A model generated the notes under the pieces. It ran no database searches, was not told the DNA's origin, and saw only the letters and a program-made list of their open reading frames with translations. A stretch of 64,000 bases of DNA from Methanotrichaceae archaeon (GTDB lineage Archaea; Halobacteriota; Methanosarcinia; Methanotrichales; Methanotrichaceae). Shown here piece by piece: positions 47,433 to 57,925 of this stretch. Every line of letters starts with the position of its first letter. The first letter of the stretch is position 1. The stretch spans positions 128,001 through 192,000 of the forward strand of contig CAWEXU010000004.1 in the NCBI GenBank assembly GCA_963813075.1. The letters run 5' to 3'. The translations under genes and the position numbers were made by a program.

Positions 47433-47673
47433 TTACCAGCCGGTAAAATGTCGAATTCTTGGCTGTTGTACTTTTCCGTATAATTTTAATTATATCGCCC
47501 ACCTTCGCCCCAATCTCTTTGGATGCGGGGTCGCTTATATGGATTTTTGGCAGCTGTGGCGCATCGATGCCGAACTCCTTCAGCACCTCGAGGCCCTCTT
47601 CCGGAGTGAGCAGAATATGATCCGGAACCATCTCATGATCTCTTACGGCAAACTTGGTCACTAGAACCACCAA
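47425..47673 (-). CDS. rpoH: RNA polymerase subunit H
   Basis: HEMVPDH, QLPKI..SDP and YRLV. Confidence 0.95.
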   Translation of the reverse strand: MVVLVTKFAVRDHEMVPDHILLTPEEGLEVLKEFGIDAPQLPKIHISDPASKEIGAKVGDIIKIIRKSTTAKNSTFYRLVID

Positions 47674-47714
47674 CTCTTAGAAGGAGCAGCATAAAGGCTC
47701 AAGGAAACTCCAAA

Positions 47715-47805
47715 CGGGCTCGGGGGGATTTGAACCCTCGACCACCTGGTATCTTCATGCAAAAATTTAAAAGCCAGACGCTCTGCCTAACTGAGCTACG
47801 AGCCC
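47715..47805 (-). tRNA. tRNA-Lys(UUU) with a 17-nt intron at position 37/38
   Basis: GGGCTCG acceptor stem, D arm GCTC/GAGC, anticodon stem TCTGG/CCAGG with CTTTTA^A loop, T loop TTCAAAT; intron at 47751-47767. Confidence 0.9.
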
Positions 47806-47891
47806 TCGCGGCCTGGCATGCCTCAAGCCTTATGTGCTGCACTGATTGAGGAATAAAGAGATCCCCCTTAAAAGCTTTTTCCCTGTGGGAC

Positions 47892-49016
47892 CTAGACAAG
47901 TCCCACTAGGCGAGCAATCTCCGATCCCACCTCAGAGGTGGTTGAGCTTCCTCCAAGGTCATATGTCTTTATCCTGCCTTCAAATAGGTTCCGCTCAATG
48001 GCAGATACGATATCTGCGGCCGCAGCCGGCTGGCCCAGGTGCTCCAGGAGAAGAGCTCCTGCCCAGATGGTAGCCAGGGGATTGACCACATTCCGGCCCT
48101 TGTACTTGGGGGCGGAGCCGTGGATGGGCTCGAACATGCTGGTGCCCTCCGGGTTCAGGTTGGCTCCCGGTGCCAGGCCCAGGCCGCCCTGGATCATGGC
48201 TCCCAGGTCGGTGATGATGTCTCCGAACATGTTGGGGGCGACGACCACATCGAACCACTCCGGGTTCTTGACAAACCACATGGTGATGGCGTCAACGAAG
48301 TTGAAGTCGTACTTGACCTCCGGATATCCTTTTGCCACGTCCAGCAAGACCTCTCTCCAAAAGCCATAGATGTCGCTGAGCACATTGGCCTTGTCGACGC
48401 TTGAGACCTTCTGGTGGCGTTTTCTCGCCAGGTCGAAGGCGTACTTTATCACTCTCTGGCAGCCCTCCCGGCTGACCTCGCCTATCTGGTAGGCGATCTC
48501 CTCGCTGTCCGAGTCGATATCAAGGCCGAACTTGATGTTGTAGAGGTTTCGACGGATCTCGAAGTCGGCATGGCTTTTGCCCTTCTTTGCGCGACTGCCT
48601 ATGCCGATGTAAAAGTCCTCCGTGTTCTCGCGAACCACGACGAAATCGATGTCCTTTGGCGTTTTATCCTTAAGAGGGGTCCAGACGCCCTCCAGGAGCT
48701 TGACCGGCCGGAGGTTGATATACTGGTCGAGGTAGAAGCGCATGGTGAGAAGGACTCCCTTCTCCAGCACGCCCGGCTTGACTCTCGGGTCGCCTATTGC
48801 TCCCAGGTAGATGGCCGGATAGCCCGAAAGCTCTTTTAGCGTCTCCTCGCTTATCAGCTCGCCCGTCTTCAGGTAGTGCTCTGCCCCTATGGAGTACTCG
48901 ATCCATTCCAAAGAGAAGTTGTACTTGTCTGCTGCCGCTTCCAGGACTTTCTGGCCCTCGGCTATGATCTCCGGGCCGATGCCGTCGCCACCGATAACTG
49001 GTACTTTATAGTTCAT
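47892..49016 (-). CDS. leuB: 3-isopropylmalate dehydrogenase
   Basis: [32 protein letters not shown] and FEPIHGSAP; translationally coupled to leuD. Confidence 0.85.
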   Translation of the reverse strand: MNYKVPVIGGDGIGPEIIAEGQKVLEAAADKYNFSLEWIEYSIGAEHYLKTGELISEETLKELSGYPAIYLGAIGDPRVKPGVLEKGVLLTMRFYLDQYINLRPVKLLEGVWTPLKDKTPKDIDFVVVRENTEDFYIGIGSRAKKGKSHADFEIRRNLYNIKFGLDIDSDSEEIAYQIGEVSREGCQRVIKYAFDLARKRHQKVSSVDKANVLSDIYGFWREVLLDVAKGYPEVKYDFNFVDAITMWFVKNPEWFDVVVAPNMFGDIITDLGAMIQGGLGLAPGANLNPEGTSMFEPIHGSAPKYKGRNVVNPLATIWAGALLLEHLGQPAAAADIVSAIERNLFEGRIKTYDLGGSSTTSEVGSEIARLVGLV

Positions 49017-49507
49017 GCCTTTACTCCGGACACCTGTCGTCTGGTGTACTCCACCAGACCTCCCGCGTCCACGATCTCCCTCAAGAAATCGGGAAGTGGC
49101 GTGGTATTGTACGATTCATTGCGGGTTATGTTCTTGATCACTCCGCCCGCCATATCGATCTCGATTTGGGCGCCGTCTTCGATCCTGTCCACATCCGGGC
49201 AGATGAAGAGGGGCAGGCCGATATTTATGGCATTTCTGAAGAAGATCCTGGCAAAGGATTTGGCGACGACGGCCGAGATTCCGGCCCCCTTCAAAGCCAG
49301 GGGAGCATGCTCTCGAGATGAGCCGCAGCCGAAGTTCTCGCCGGCCACCACATAGTCTCCTTTCCTGACCGCCTCTGCCATCTGGGGCCGGGCCCCTTCA
49401 AAGAGGTGTTCCGCCAGCTCCACGGGATCGTTTATCACCAGATAGCGACCGGGGATGATGGCATCGGTATCGATATCGTCCTCGAACTTCCAAGCTCTGC
49501 CCGCCAA
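49013..49507 (-). CDS. leuD: 3-isopropylmalate dehydratase/homoaconitase small subunit
   Basis: [25 protein letters not shown] and [18 protein letters not shown] start chosen after a GGAG RBS. Confidence 0.9.
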   Translation of the reverse strand: MAGRAWKFEDDIDTDAIIPGRYLVINDPVELAEHLFEGARPQMAEAVRKGDYVVAGENFGCGSSREHAPLALKGAGISAVVAKSFARIFFRNAINIGLPLFICPDVDRIEDGAQIEIDMAGGVIKNITRNESYNTTPLPDFLREIVDAGGLVEYTRRQVSGVKA

Positions 49508-50119
49508 AATATCAAGCTCCCAATAGTGAACTACTTCCCAATGAGAATGAAGTATATTAAAGTAATGCACAAAAATTTTCGGAAAAGAGCGGCAAAGAGA
49601 GCCATATTTCGCGCGATCCGAGGAGCAGATCATAGAGAGTATCAGGCAGGTGGATAATACTGGCAAAGGTTATCTGATCTTCCGGGATGGTAGCGATATT
49701 CTTCCAGTACGGCAGTGATATTCCAGGGCGGCAGTGATATAGTAGAGGAGGGAAAACAAGGCAAACCCGCCTCCCAGGATGAGGAGGGGAAAAGGCAGCG
49801 GCCGGAGCCAGTAAGAGGATCTGGGCTGCTTTGCGATCCCTGATCGATCCATTCCCAGGCGAGATATGGCCGGGACGGGCGACAGGAGATGAGGGAGCAT
49901 AATCTTTATCGCGGTGTGAATACTTGAGGTATGAGGATTGGCAAAAGGCAGCAAGAGGCACTGTGGACTGGCCTGAAACGGCGGGGTTTTCGCCCTTGCG
50001 GCCACAATATTTGGAGGGAATGGGCGGTATGATGAGGGGAAATGAGATGGTCAGCTCTTTGTATGATAGGGTCACCTTGATAAATCTGGATGGAAATATG
50101 AGGGACCAATATAATTATT

Positions 50120-51280
50120 TTGAGGTGCTCAGACTTGATTGATCGCAGCAAGGTCCTGGAGGTATTGAAGGGATACGACCTGGAGGACCTTCGAATTGGG
50201 ATGATCGCGTCCCACTCTGCCCTGGATACGGCAGATGGCGCAGTGGAGGAGAATTTTAGAACGCTGGCGGTATGCCAGGAGGGGAGGGAGAAGCCCTATG
50301 TCAAATACTTCCGGGCGGAGAGGGACAGGAAGGGAAATGTCATAACCGGCATGATCGACGAGGTGATGATGCTGAAGAAATTCCCGGATGTCCTGGATCC
50401 GGAAAACCAGGATATTCTCAAGGATAAGAACACCCTGTTCGTCCCCAACCGCTCTTTTACCTCCTACTGCGGGATTGATGCAGTGGAGGATCAGTTCATG
50501 CTCCCTCTGCTCGGGTCCCGCAATCTGCTCCGCTCCGAGGAGAGGGGAGACAAGAGGGACTACTACTGGCTGCTGGAGAAGGCGGGTCTGCCGTTTCCCG
50601 AGCCGATAGAAGCAGAGGACATCAACCAGCTGGTGATGGTCAAGCTGCCCCATGCAGTTAAAACCTTGGAAAGGGGATTTTTCACTGCCTCCTCATACGA
50701 AGAGTACTGCCAGAAGGCTGAGCTCCTTTTGCGCCAGAATGTGATCGACCAGGATGGGATTGAGCTGGCCAGGATTGAGCGCTATATCATCGGGCCGGTC
50801 TTCAACCTGGACTACTTCTACTCCCCCATAACCAAGAGAATTGAGCTGATCGGCATAGACTGGCGCTTTGAGACCAGCCTTGACGGCCACTGCCGCCTGC
50901 CTGCTCCTCAGCAGCTGACCCTTAATGAGCGGCAGATCAACCCCGAGTACACCGTCTGCGGCCACAACTCCGCCACCCTGCGCGAGTCGCTCCTGGAGAA
51001 GGCTTTCGTCCTGGCGGAGAAGTATGTGGAGGCCACCCAGGAGTACTACAAGCCCGGTATCATCGGGCCCTTCTGTCTGCAGACCTGTGTGGACAAGGAC
51101 CTGAACTTCTACATCTACGATGTCGCGCCCAGGATCGGCGGGGGGACCAATGTGCATATGGCAGTCGGCCACCCCTATGGCAATGCCCTCTGGCGGACCA
51201 ATATGTCCACCGGCCGCAGGCTCGCTCGCGAGGTGAGGATCGCTCTGGAGAACGACTGCCTGGACCAGATTGTGACCTGA
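50120..51280 (+). CDS. purP: Formate-dependent FAICAR synthetase (PurP) family ATP-grasp protein
   Basis: ASHSALD, PNRSF, LERGFF, TLRESLLE, GPFCLQ and RIGGGTN. Confidence 0.9.
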   Translation: MRCSDLIDRSKVLEVLKGYDLEDLRIGMIASHSALDTADGAVEENFRTLAVCQEGREKPYVKYFRAERDRKGNVITGMIDEVMMLKKFPDVLDPENQDILKDKNTLFVPNRSFTSYCGIDAVEDQFMLPLLGSRNLLRSEERGDKRDYYWLLEKAGLPFPEPIEAEDINQLVMVKLPHAVKTLERGFFTASSYEEYCQKAELLLRQNVIDQDGIELARIERYIIGPVFNLDYFYSPITKRIELIGIDWRFETSLDGHCRLPAPQQLTLNERQINPEYTVCGHNSATLRESLLEKAFVLAEKYVEATQEYYKPGIIGPFCLQTCVDKDLNFYIYDVAPRIGGGTNVHMAVGHPYGNALWRTNMSTGRRLAREVRIALENDCLDQIVT

Positions 51281-51294
51281 GGCCACAGGAGAAG

Positions 51295-51732
51295 ATGACC
51301 GAAATCGCTAACAAGGATGGGGGCAGCGGCGGCCCGGTGGTTCCCAAGAAGCTCGGGCGGATTGCCAGGAAGCTCACCGCCGCCGGCGAGCAGCTGGTGC
51401 TCATCGCCCCGGCTATTCTGCACAGCCAGGCATCGGAACAGATGCTGGCCATCGCCAGGATAGGGAAGCTGGATAAGATACTGGGATACCTCGTTACCAC
51501 CGATAAGAATGTGTATTTCGTCCGGCCGGGGATCGCCTGGGATAGCGTGCGCACAGTGCCCCTGAATGTGATTACCGGGGTGGAGTATGTGGATGAGTTT
51601 CATACCAACACCCTGAAGCTCCTGGTGGGGGAGAGGGCGGAGAAGATAATATTCTACGAGGATATGGATGGAATCAGATTCTATAAGCATATGCAACAAC
51701 TGATGCATAAGGATAAGGCAGAAGACATCTGA
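51295..51732 (+). CDS. Hypothetical protein with a PH-like domain
   Basis: GYLVTTDKNVYF...VPLNVITGVEY pattern. Confidence 0.65.
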   Translation: MTEIANKDGGSGGPVVPKKLGRIARKLTAAGEQLVLIAPAILHSQASEQMLAIARIGKLDKILGYLVTTDKNVYFVRPGIAWDSVRTVPLNVITGVEYVDEFHTNTLKLLVGERAEKIIFYEDMDGIRFYKHMQQLMHKDKAEDI

Positions 51733-51828
51733 GTCCAGGCCCTTCGGTATTTTTTGGCTCTTCGCTGTTTCTTGTGGGCTAAAATCAGGTTACTATGGTT
51801 TTGCCTCGAGTTTCGCTTCGTCTCACGG

Positions 51829-52350
51829 TATGCACTCATGCGCGCGTCTGTGCGCCCACTGCCTCTGGATCCACTGACCCGGGTCAGGGGCCTGGAGCCT
51901 CTGGACTTCTCTCTTGCCGGGCCGACGGTGCAATTGCCCTGTCCGGAGGCGCTCTACCTGGGCCTGGAGCGCTGGGCGGTAACCCGTAACCAGCTGGATG
52001 TGCCGGAGCACAGGCGTTTTTGCCGCTCGCTTATTGTCCAGTATGCCGACCTCCTGCAGGTGCTCGCAAAAGAGGGAACACGGGTGCGCATTGTGGACGT
52101 GGCCGGCAGCCCGAGCTGCGGCGTTGCCACTACGAGCAGCGGCTATGAGGGCGGGCGGGTGCGCGAGTGCGAGCACGAGCATGTGCCCGGACAGGGGATA
52201 TTCATGGAGGAGCTGATTGGGGAGCTGGAGAGGCGCGGCATTCCTTTTGAGGCCGAAGAGGTGGGGAGGGAGTGCATGAATGAGTCCGAGTTCGGGAGCA
52301 TGCCGGGGATCAAGCCCTTCCAGAGAGAGGAGCAGGATCGGTTTGAGTGA
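51829..52350 (+). CDS. DUF523/TudS-related (CD3072-like) Cys protein, frameshift near the start
   Basis: CAHCL (alternate frame), QLPCPE, GSPSCG and GQGIFMEEL. Confidence 0.7.
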   Translation, partial: YALMRASVRPLPLDPLTRVRGLEPLDFSLAGPTVQLPCPEALYLGLERWAVTRNQLDVPEHRRFCRSLIVQYADLLQVLAKEGTRVRIVDVAGSPSCGVATTSSGYEGGRVRECEHEHVPGQGIFMEELIGELERRGIPFEAEEVGRECMNESEFGSMPGIKPFQREEQDRFE

Positions 52351-52574
52351 TCGCTCAAAAGAAAGGTGATTAGATTTGGCGTTGGCCGTCGATGCTTCGG
52401 AGAAATATTAGCATTATTATTCTCCAGCCGGGCCAGGCGAAACTGTGAGATTGGGCGCGGTTATGCTCATCGCCCTCGCCTTTCCGGAAGAGGCACGCCC
52501 AGCACATGTTGCCTGACTATTTGAGCTATCGAATATGTTTGATCTATTCATGCGAAACTGACTTTTTTAGTGGG

Positions 52575-52644
52575 CGCCGCGAGTCGGCCCTTCGGGCCTC
52601 CCGCGCTATGCTCTGGTCCCCTCAACGCCGGGGTGGCTTGGATA
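52575..52644 (-). repeat. Dispersed REP-like element, inverted copy
   Basis: Reverse complement TATCCAAGCCACCCCGGCGTTGAGGGGACCAGAGCATAGCGCGGGAGGCCCGAAGGGCCGACTCGCGGCG matches 14771-14839, 17502-17565 and 20099-20169. Confidence 0.95.
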
Positions 52645-52996
52645 GAGCGATTGATTTGGCTAAGTCTGAATAAATGTGACCGGCATCCCATTGATGTGTG
52701 TCCACGGGCAGGCACACGCGCGCGCGGGCCGGTCGCTGCGGCAGGTCTGCACTGCCTCGGGAAGTGGTGCATTTGGGCCCCTCTGCAAGGATTCGAGCCA
52801 CACCCCACCGGCGCACAAAGACCTGCTGGATCTTGCCTCCTTGCAAGATGCGTCCGGGGACAGGGCCGGGATGGGATATCGGGGCGAAGCGAGAAAGGAG
52901 CCGCTGGCCAGCAAAGGGCTGCCCGGAGGCACAGGCATGTCTGGCCTACGAATACCATTAAATACTACTACTGCATGAGATTGGCTGCATCCTTTT

Positions 52997-53081
52997 GCGG
53001 GGATTGCCAAGCCAGGTCAAAGGCGCTGGATTCAGGGTCCAGTCACGAAGGTGTTCGTGGGTTCGAATCCCATTCCCCGCA
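52997..53081 (+). tRNA. tRNA-Leu(CAG)
   Basis: GCGGGGA/TCCCCGC acceptor stem, anticodon arm CTGGA-TTCAGGG-TCCAG, long variable arm, GGTTCGAATCC T loop. Confidence 0.95.
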
Positions 53082-53243
53082 CCTAAATCTAATTTGTTTG
53101 AGTCATTGATCGTTGATTACGTCCTTGATCATAGCTTTTATATAAAAAATTTTGCGATTATTTCTCCGCCCATAGCCCGGACAGATTTCCAGACGGCCAG
53201 AGCCGCTCTGAAAAGGCTTATAAGCATAAATTCCCGGTTATGA

Positions 53244-53771
53244 ATGGTCATAATCAGGAGATTTATCATGGTCAAGTCCAATCCACTGGCAGAATTTGCC
53301 GTATCGAAAGACCGGCTGCTCCAGGCTCTGGCATGCGTAGCCAACCTGGCGGACAGAGCAATAGTGCAGGCCATTGTCCATCCCAAAGATACCATACTGG
53401 GGTTTGCCTTGAGCAATACTCTATTGGATAGTGAGTCCGGGGACCAGATATATGCTTTTTATATAATAGTCCTGGAGGAGATGATGGGTGCAAAATTCAT
53501 GGTCAAAGGAGATGAGTGGCCGTTGTTTTATATCTCATGTTCTGAGCAGTTCATCAACTCCGTCGCCGCTCTGGAGCCCAGAGACAATCAATTCCTCAAG
53601 GTTGAGTTCTTCAGCGTAACCGAGGAGGATGATCCGGATGTGGTCAAGAGCGAGGCATTCATCACCGGCGAGCACAATTCCGCTGTGGGATCCATATTGA
53701 AGCACCAGCCCACCCAGGATGACGAAACCACCCTGGAAGCGGATGAGACGCAGTCTGTGCTTTACAGGTAG
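53244..53771 (+). CDS. Hypothetical protein
   Basis: Clean ORF; AGGAG RBS precedes the ATG at 53268. Confidence 0.7.
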   Translation: MVIIRRFIMVKSNPLAEFAVSKDRLLQALACVANLADRAIVQAIVHPKDTILGFALSNTLLDSESGDQIYAFYIIVLEEMMGAKFMVKGDEWPLFYISCSEQFINSVAALEPRDNQFLKVEFFSVTEEDDPDVVKSEAFITGEHNSAVGSILKHQPTQDDETTLEADETQSVLYR

Positions 53772-53875
53772 ATCATTACAATTTGTGAGCATGCCGGACC
53801 TATCCAGCAGATCTGGCCGGTCCGGCCAATGCGCCGATATATTCAAATTAATATTTCTACTTAATATTAATATCT

Positions 53876-54634
53876 TTATACATCCAGCGCAAGCTTTGCC
53901 AGGACCGGCAGGTGGTCTGATCCTGCATCATCCCCCACCCAGGCCCTCAGGCAGAGCAGATCAGGAGTGTGCCAGATATAATCCACCCGGAGGAAGGGAT
54001 AGAGGGAAAGCCCTCTGAGCATTCTGCCTATGCTCTCCAGCCGCCTCCACTGCCCGAACCTCTTGGGGAGGGTGAAGCCCCGACCGCACCCCGCCAGCTG
54101 AAAGGAATCCACCAGGCCCGCGGCCCTCATCCGGGTGCAGTTGTCCTGCCAGCTGATGGCATTGAAGTCCCCCAAAACGATTGATCGCGGGCTTGACCTC
54201 GCCAGTTGAATCAGCCCTTCGATCTGGGCTTTGGCCCGGCCGTCAAATCCGATGCCCGAAAAGCTGATCGGTGGAGGTGGATGGGCTACGATTACCGTCA
54301 GGCTCACCCCGGATAGATCGACCACGCACCTCAGGTCGGGCCGGCCGGGGTACAGTTCTATCTGCTCATGCTCTAAAATCGGGAAACGACTGGCCAGGCC
54401 CTTTCCCTCAAATCCTGCAGGAAAGTGCACCTGATAGGGATACTCCGAAAAGAGACCTTCCTCTATCGCCTTCGACTGGGAGAGGTCCAGCTCCTGCAGG
54501 CCGACGATATCGGGGCCCGACGATCTGAGCATGGCTACCAGCTGCTCCGGCCTGGCCAGGCCGGCTCCAGCATTGTAGCTCATGATATTAAACTGCAGAG
54601 CTTTCAGGGCTTTCATATCCTTCAAAGCTTTCAT
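53876..54634 (-). CDS. Endonuclease/exonuclease/phosphatase (EEP) family protein
   Basis: MSYN, VGLQE, LGDFN, RVDYIW and GSDHLP. Confidence 0.9.
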   Translation of the reverse strand: MKALKDMKALKALQFNIMSYNAGAGLARPEQLVAMLRSSGPDIVGLQELDLSQSKAIEEGLFSEYPYQVHFPAGFEGKGLASRFPILEHEQIELYPGRPDLRCVVDLSGVSLTVIVAHPPPPISFSGIGFDGRAKAQIEGLIQLARSSPRSIVLGDFNAISWQDNCTRMRAAGLVDSFQLAGCGRGFTLPKRFGQWRRLESIGRMLRGLSLYPFLRVDYIWHTPDLLCLRAWVGDDAGSDHLPVLAKLALDV

Positions 54635-54715
54635 AATCTTTATCCTTCAGATCCTCAAAATTTGCCATGCACGATATCCATCCAGGCAACCCAGCAACCT
54701 CATACTCTGAGTAGT

Positions 54716-55807
54716 TCATCGCTGTCTACGGCTCCTGTCAATGCGCAGCATATAGATCTTCCAGTATCGATCATATAAAGTGACATTGAGCGTCAGGAGG
54801 AGGACGAAGAATAAGGTCGTCTCCAGGTCTATAAATCCACTGAGCCTGTGCTGCAGGAAGATATAGAACAATAAGAGTAGCAGAAGATTCACCCCAGACA
54901 TCACCACGAACTCCTGTATGGTGGACCTCCAGCTGGCCCCTCTCCGGGACAGCCAGAGGCTGAGGGCGGTATTTATCACTATCAAGAAGGCCACGGCGGT
55001 GGCAATCTGAACGCTTTTGGCCTGCACCCCGGGCAACACCTGGGCGAATATGAGGCTCACCAGAGATATCAGTACGATCTTCTCGATCAATGCAGAATTG
55101 ATGTATCTTTCCGCCAGATCTTTAGTGGCGATCAACCTGCTGCTGCCACTTAAAGAGGACGGGATGGCATTCACGGTCAGGTAAAGGCACAGAATGGAAG
55201 GAGATTCCCCTTTCAGCAACGACCAGATGGCAATGATCAGCAATGCTGTCAGGGCAAAGACGAGGATTATCCCCAGGGGATTGGCCCGGATCCAGTCGGT
55301 GGTATCCATTCGGGCGACATGAATCCAGTACTCTTGAGGCAGCTTAACAAAGATCCAGATGATGGCGACGGCCTCGATAAGCTTCATCTTATCGATTCTG
55401 GCGGGATTGCACCGGAGGGAAAGGGCCTCAATGAGTATGAAGAAATACTCGAAGGTGTTGGGGAAGACCAGCAATAGCCATCGCAATTCCGTCAGCTCGA
55501 AGAGGGCCACGCCAATGAGCCGGAAGAAGAAGAGAAAACGGCCGAGCCCTACAGCGAAGAGATTAGTCCAGTTGCGCAGGGTCGAGATATAGGCGATGGT
55601 GAGGTAATAGATATCAAGGGCCTTATCGTATCCCTGATAGCCGTCCAGGGGCAGATCGGTGAACCACTGAAATAATGTCTGGTCGACCCCGTCCAGGGCC
55701 AATGAGCCGATGATTGCCGCCAGCGGGTAACGGGGTATGGCAATGGGAAGCAGAAAGCGGGCTATGACTATGGCCCAGAGAATCATTTGGTCGGTAGCCT
55801 CTATCAT
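54716..55807 (-). CDS. Polytopic membrane hypothetical protein
   Basis: Multiple TM segments; YQGYDKALDIYYL and FPNTFEYFF. Confidence 0.8.
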   Translation of the reverse strand: MIEATDQMILWAIVIARFLLPIAIPRYPLAAIIGSLALDGVDQTLFQWFTDLPLDGYQGYDKALDIYYLTIAYISTLRNWTNLFAVGLGRFLFFFRLIGVALFELTELRWLLLVFPNTFEYFFILIEALSLRCNPARIDKMKLIEAVAIIWIFVKLPQEYWIHVARMDTTDWIRANPLGIILVFALTALLIIAIWSLLKGESPSILCLYLTVNAIPSSLSGSSRLIATKDLAERYINSALIEKIVLISLVSLIFAQVLPGVQAKSVQIATAVAFLIVINTALSLWLSRRGASWRSTIQEFVVMSGVNLLLLLLFYIFLQHRLSGFIDLETTLFFVLLLTLNVTLYDRYWKIYMLRIDRSRRQR

Positions 55808-56391
55808 TGCCGTCTCTTCTCAACAGGGATCTTCTGTATTTCAGTCTGTTGGAACCATGCAAATTCTCCGGGCATTTACCGTTTTGTCTATTTACCTTTT
55901 TTCCTTTTTTGGCTAATTTGCTCTTTGATAATATGCTAATTTATCCAGTATTTGAGTGCATATCCAAATTAAAAATCAGAATTAAAGGATAATTTTTACT
56001 ATTTGACCGCAGAATTTATAGTCTTGAAGTGCCCTGGAGAGATGAGGAATTGAACGGAGGTGACAATGAATGGATATGATGTCCCAAATATATGCGATAA
56101 TTCTCTTTGGAGCAATGGTGGTTTTATTGCCCTGGGGATTGAATAAATGGTCTGACACCCGCGCCGGCGTGAGATAGGCGTTTGCAGACCGGGAGGGACC
56201 AGGATTGATCGAATTCCCCATCAGGCAATGCCTCTTCAATCCAACCTCTTTTTCCAGTAATCTTCAAATCAGGCCGGCATATCGTCGACCGGCAAGCTCT
56301 GGCGAAAGAGCCATGAGAAGCTGGAGGGCGGAGCGCTTGAGAAAAGAGAAAAATATAGACCGGGCCATCCCGGCATATAACAGTCCCGGGA

Positions 56392-57333
56392 TCAGCTCCT
56401 CCACTTGACCCTATCCCCTTTGGACTTCAGCACATCCGCCTTCTCCAGAACCCGGATCAGATCCATATAGACCTCCCTGCCGTCGACCATCAGGCTTACG
56501 TCGCCATCATCCTTGCGCAATACACAGCTATCATAAAATTCCTCCAGGCTCATCTTCCTGGCTGAAGGCGCCGTCGCCAGCTTTTCGATCAGCATTCCCA
56601 GGGCTGAGATCTGCTCATATTCATCCGGATACAGGTCGCTGAACTCTTCATCGATATCTCCTGCCAGCGGGGTGGTGAACTCATCCACATAAAGGGCAAT
56701 GGAGCGGGACAAAAAGTACTCCGCCTTAAGGATCAGCTCATCAGGCTCTGGATCGTAGTCATCTGGATCTGCAGGAATCTCCAGCAGCGGATCGTCCAAT
56801 TTCTCCCCGATGGGCTCTCCTATCACAATCTCATTCAGGGTGAGGACGGATTGAGCAAAGCTCTGCGCCTTTCCTGAGCTCAGCATAAATTCCAGCCATG
56901 CATCTGCCTCGAAATCCAAAGATTCGGCCTCTTCTGAATCATCCTCTGAAGCATCCTCCGTGGCATCCTCTGTGGCCTCGCCTGTGGATTTTTCTGAAGT
57001 CTCCTCGAGAGATTCCTCATCGCTCTCGCCGAGGGCCAGAATCTTATCCCTCTTTTCCATCATCTGCGGGTCAAGCTCTCTTAAGAAAAGCTCATCGAAC
57101 TCCTCTTTGGTGCTGCTCTGGGAGAGGGCTCTTTTTATCAAAGACAGATAGTGATCAAATTCGGTTAAATCCCCTGCCAATTCCTTGACCCGGCTGTATT
57201 TGCCACGAAGGCAGGATTCTTCATTTGAATCCATAACCAGGTATGGCTTCAACTCAACCCTGATGCCCGCATCGCTGAGAAGTGATCGAATATCAGCGGC
57301 CTCGTCCTCATCATACTCTCCAAGATAGAACAT
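56392..57333 (-). CDS. Acidic hypothetical protein
   Basis: 313-aa ORF, very rich in Asp and Glu. Confidence 0.8.
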   Translation of the reverse strand: MFYLGEYDEDEAADIRSLLSDAGIRVELKPYLVMDSNEESCLRGKYSRVKELAGDLTEFDHYLSLIKRALSQSSTKEEFDELFLRELDPQMMEKRDKILALGESDEESLEETSEKSTGEATEDATEDASEDDSEEAESLDFEADAWLEFMLSSGKAQSFAQSVLTLNEIVIGEPIGEKLDDPLLEIPADPDDYDPEPDELILKAEYFLSRSIALYVDEFTTPLAGDIDEEFSDLYPDEYEQISALGMLIEKLATAPSARKMSLEEFYDSCVLRKDDGDVSLMVDGREVYMDLIRVLEKADVLKSKGDRVKWRS

Positions 57334-57426
57334 GGGCCTTAGGTAGAACCCCGTATATTTAAAAGGCTATACTCAAAATAGGTGAGAGGGAAAGTCGAGA
57401 AGGGCAAAGGAGGTAGGAGTAAAAAT

Positions 57427-57924
57427 TCAGTCCAAGATCGGACTTGATTCACCAAGCCCTTTCTTGAGATTGGCATATGTTGCCCGCAGGTGCTCAGATA
57501 TCACCCTGGTATCGGATAAGACAGGCATGAAGTTTGTATCGCCATTCCAGCGGGGCACGATGTGCAGGTGGATGTGATCGGCAATGCCAGCACCCCCTAC
57601 AATTCCCATGTTTATCCCCAGGTTGAATCCATCCGGATGCATGGTCTTCTTCAAAAGCTCCACCGCCAGATCAGCAAGCTCCATCATCTCCTGCCGTTCA
57701 TCATCTGCCCATCCGGCCAGAGTTGAGGTATGTCTAAATGGAACCACCATCATGTGACCATTGTTGTACGGATAGGCATTCATGATGATGAAGTGATGCC
57801 GGCCCCGGTGCAATATGAGGTTCTCTTCGTCCCTGTTCTCCAGAGGCTTGTTGCAGAATATGCAGCCCTCCGGCTTCTTGCTGAGGATGTAGTCGATCCT
57901 CCAGGGTGCCCATAGCCTTTCCAT
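57427..57924 (-). CDS. HIT-family hydrolase (Ap4A phosphorylase/Fhit-like)
   Basis: LWAPWR, CIFC, NAYPYNNGH and HIHLHIVPRW. Confidence 0.95.
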   Translation of the reverse strand: MERLWAPWRIDYILSKKPEGCIFCNKPLENRDEENLILHRGRHHFIIMNAYPYNNGHMMVVPFRHTSTLAGWADDERQEMMELADLAVELLKKTMHPDGFNLGINMGIVGGAGIADHIHLHIVPRWNGDTNFMPVLSDTRVISEHLRATYANLKKGLGESSPILD

Positions 57925-57925
57925 A

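Noticed and set aside
49557..50151. Overlapping ORFs and a short GGCAGTGATAT repeat between leuD and purP
   Set aside because: No recognisable motif or consistent frame, and two to three short repeats are not enough evidence.
52735..52830. Cobalamin riboswitch (GGT...GGGAAGTGGTGCA...AGCCAC...AGACCTGC)
   Set aside because: Lacks the conserved AATCC, ACTGT and second GGGAAG elements, and the downstream gene is a tRNA rather than a B12 gene.
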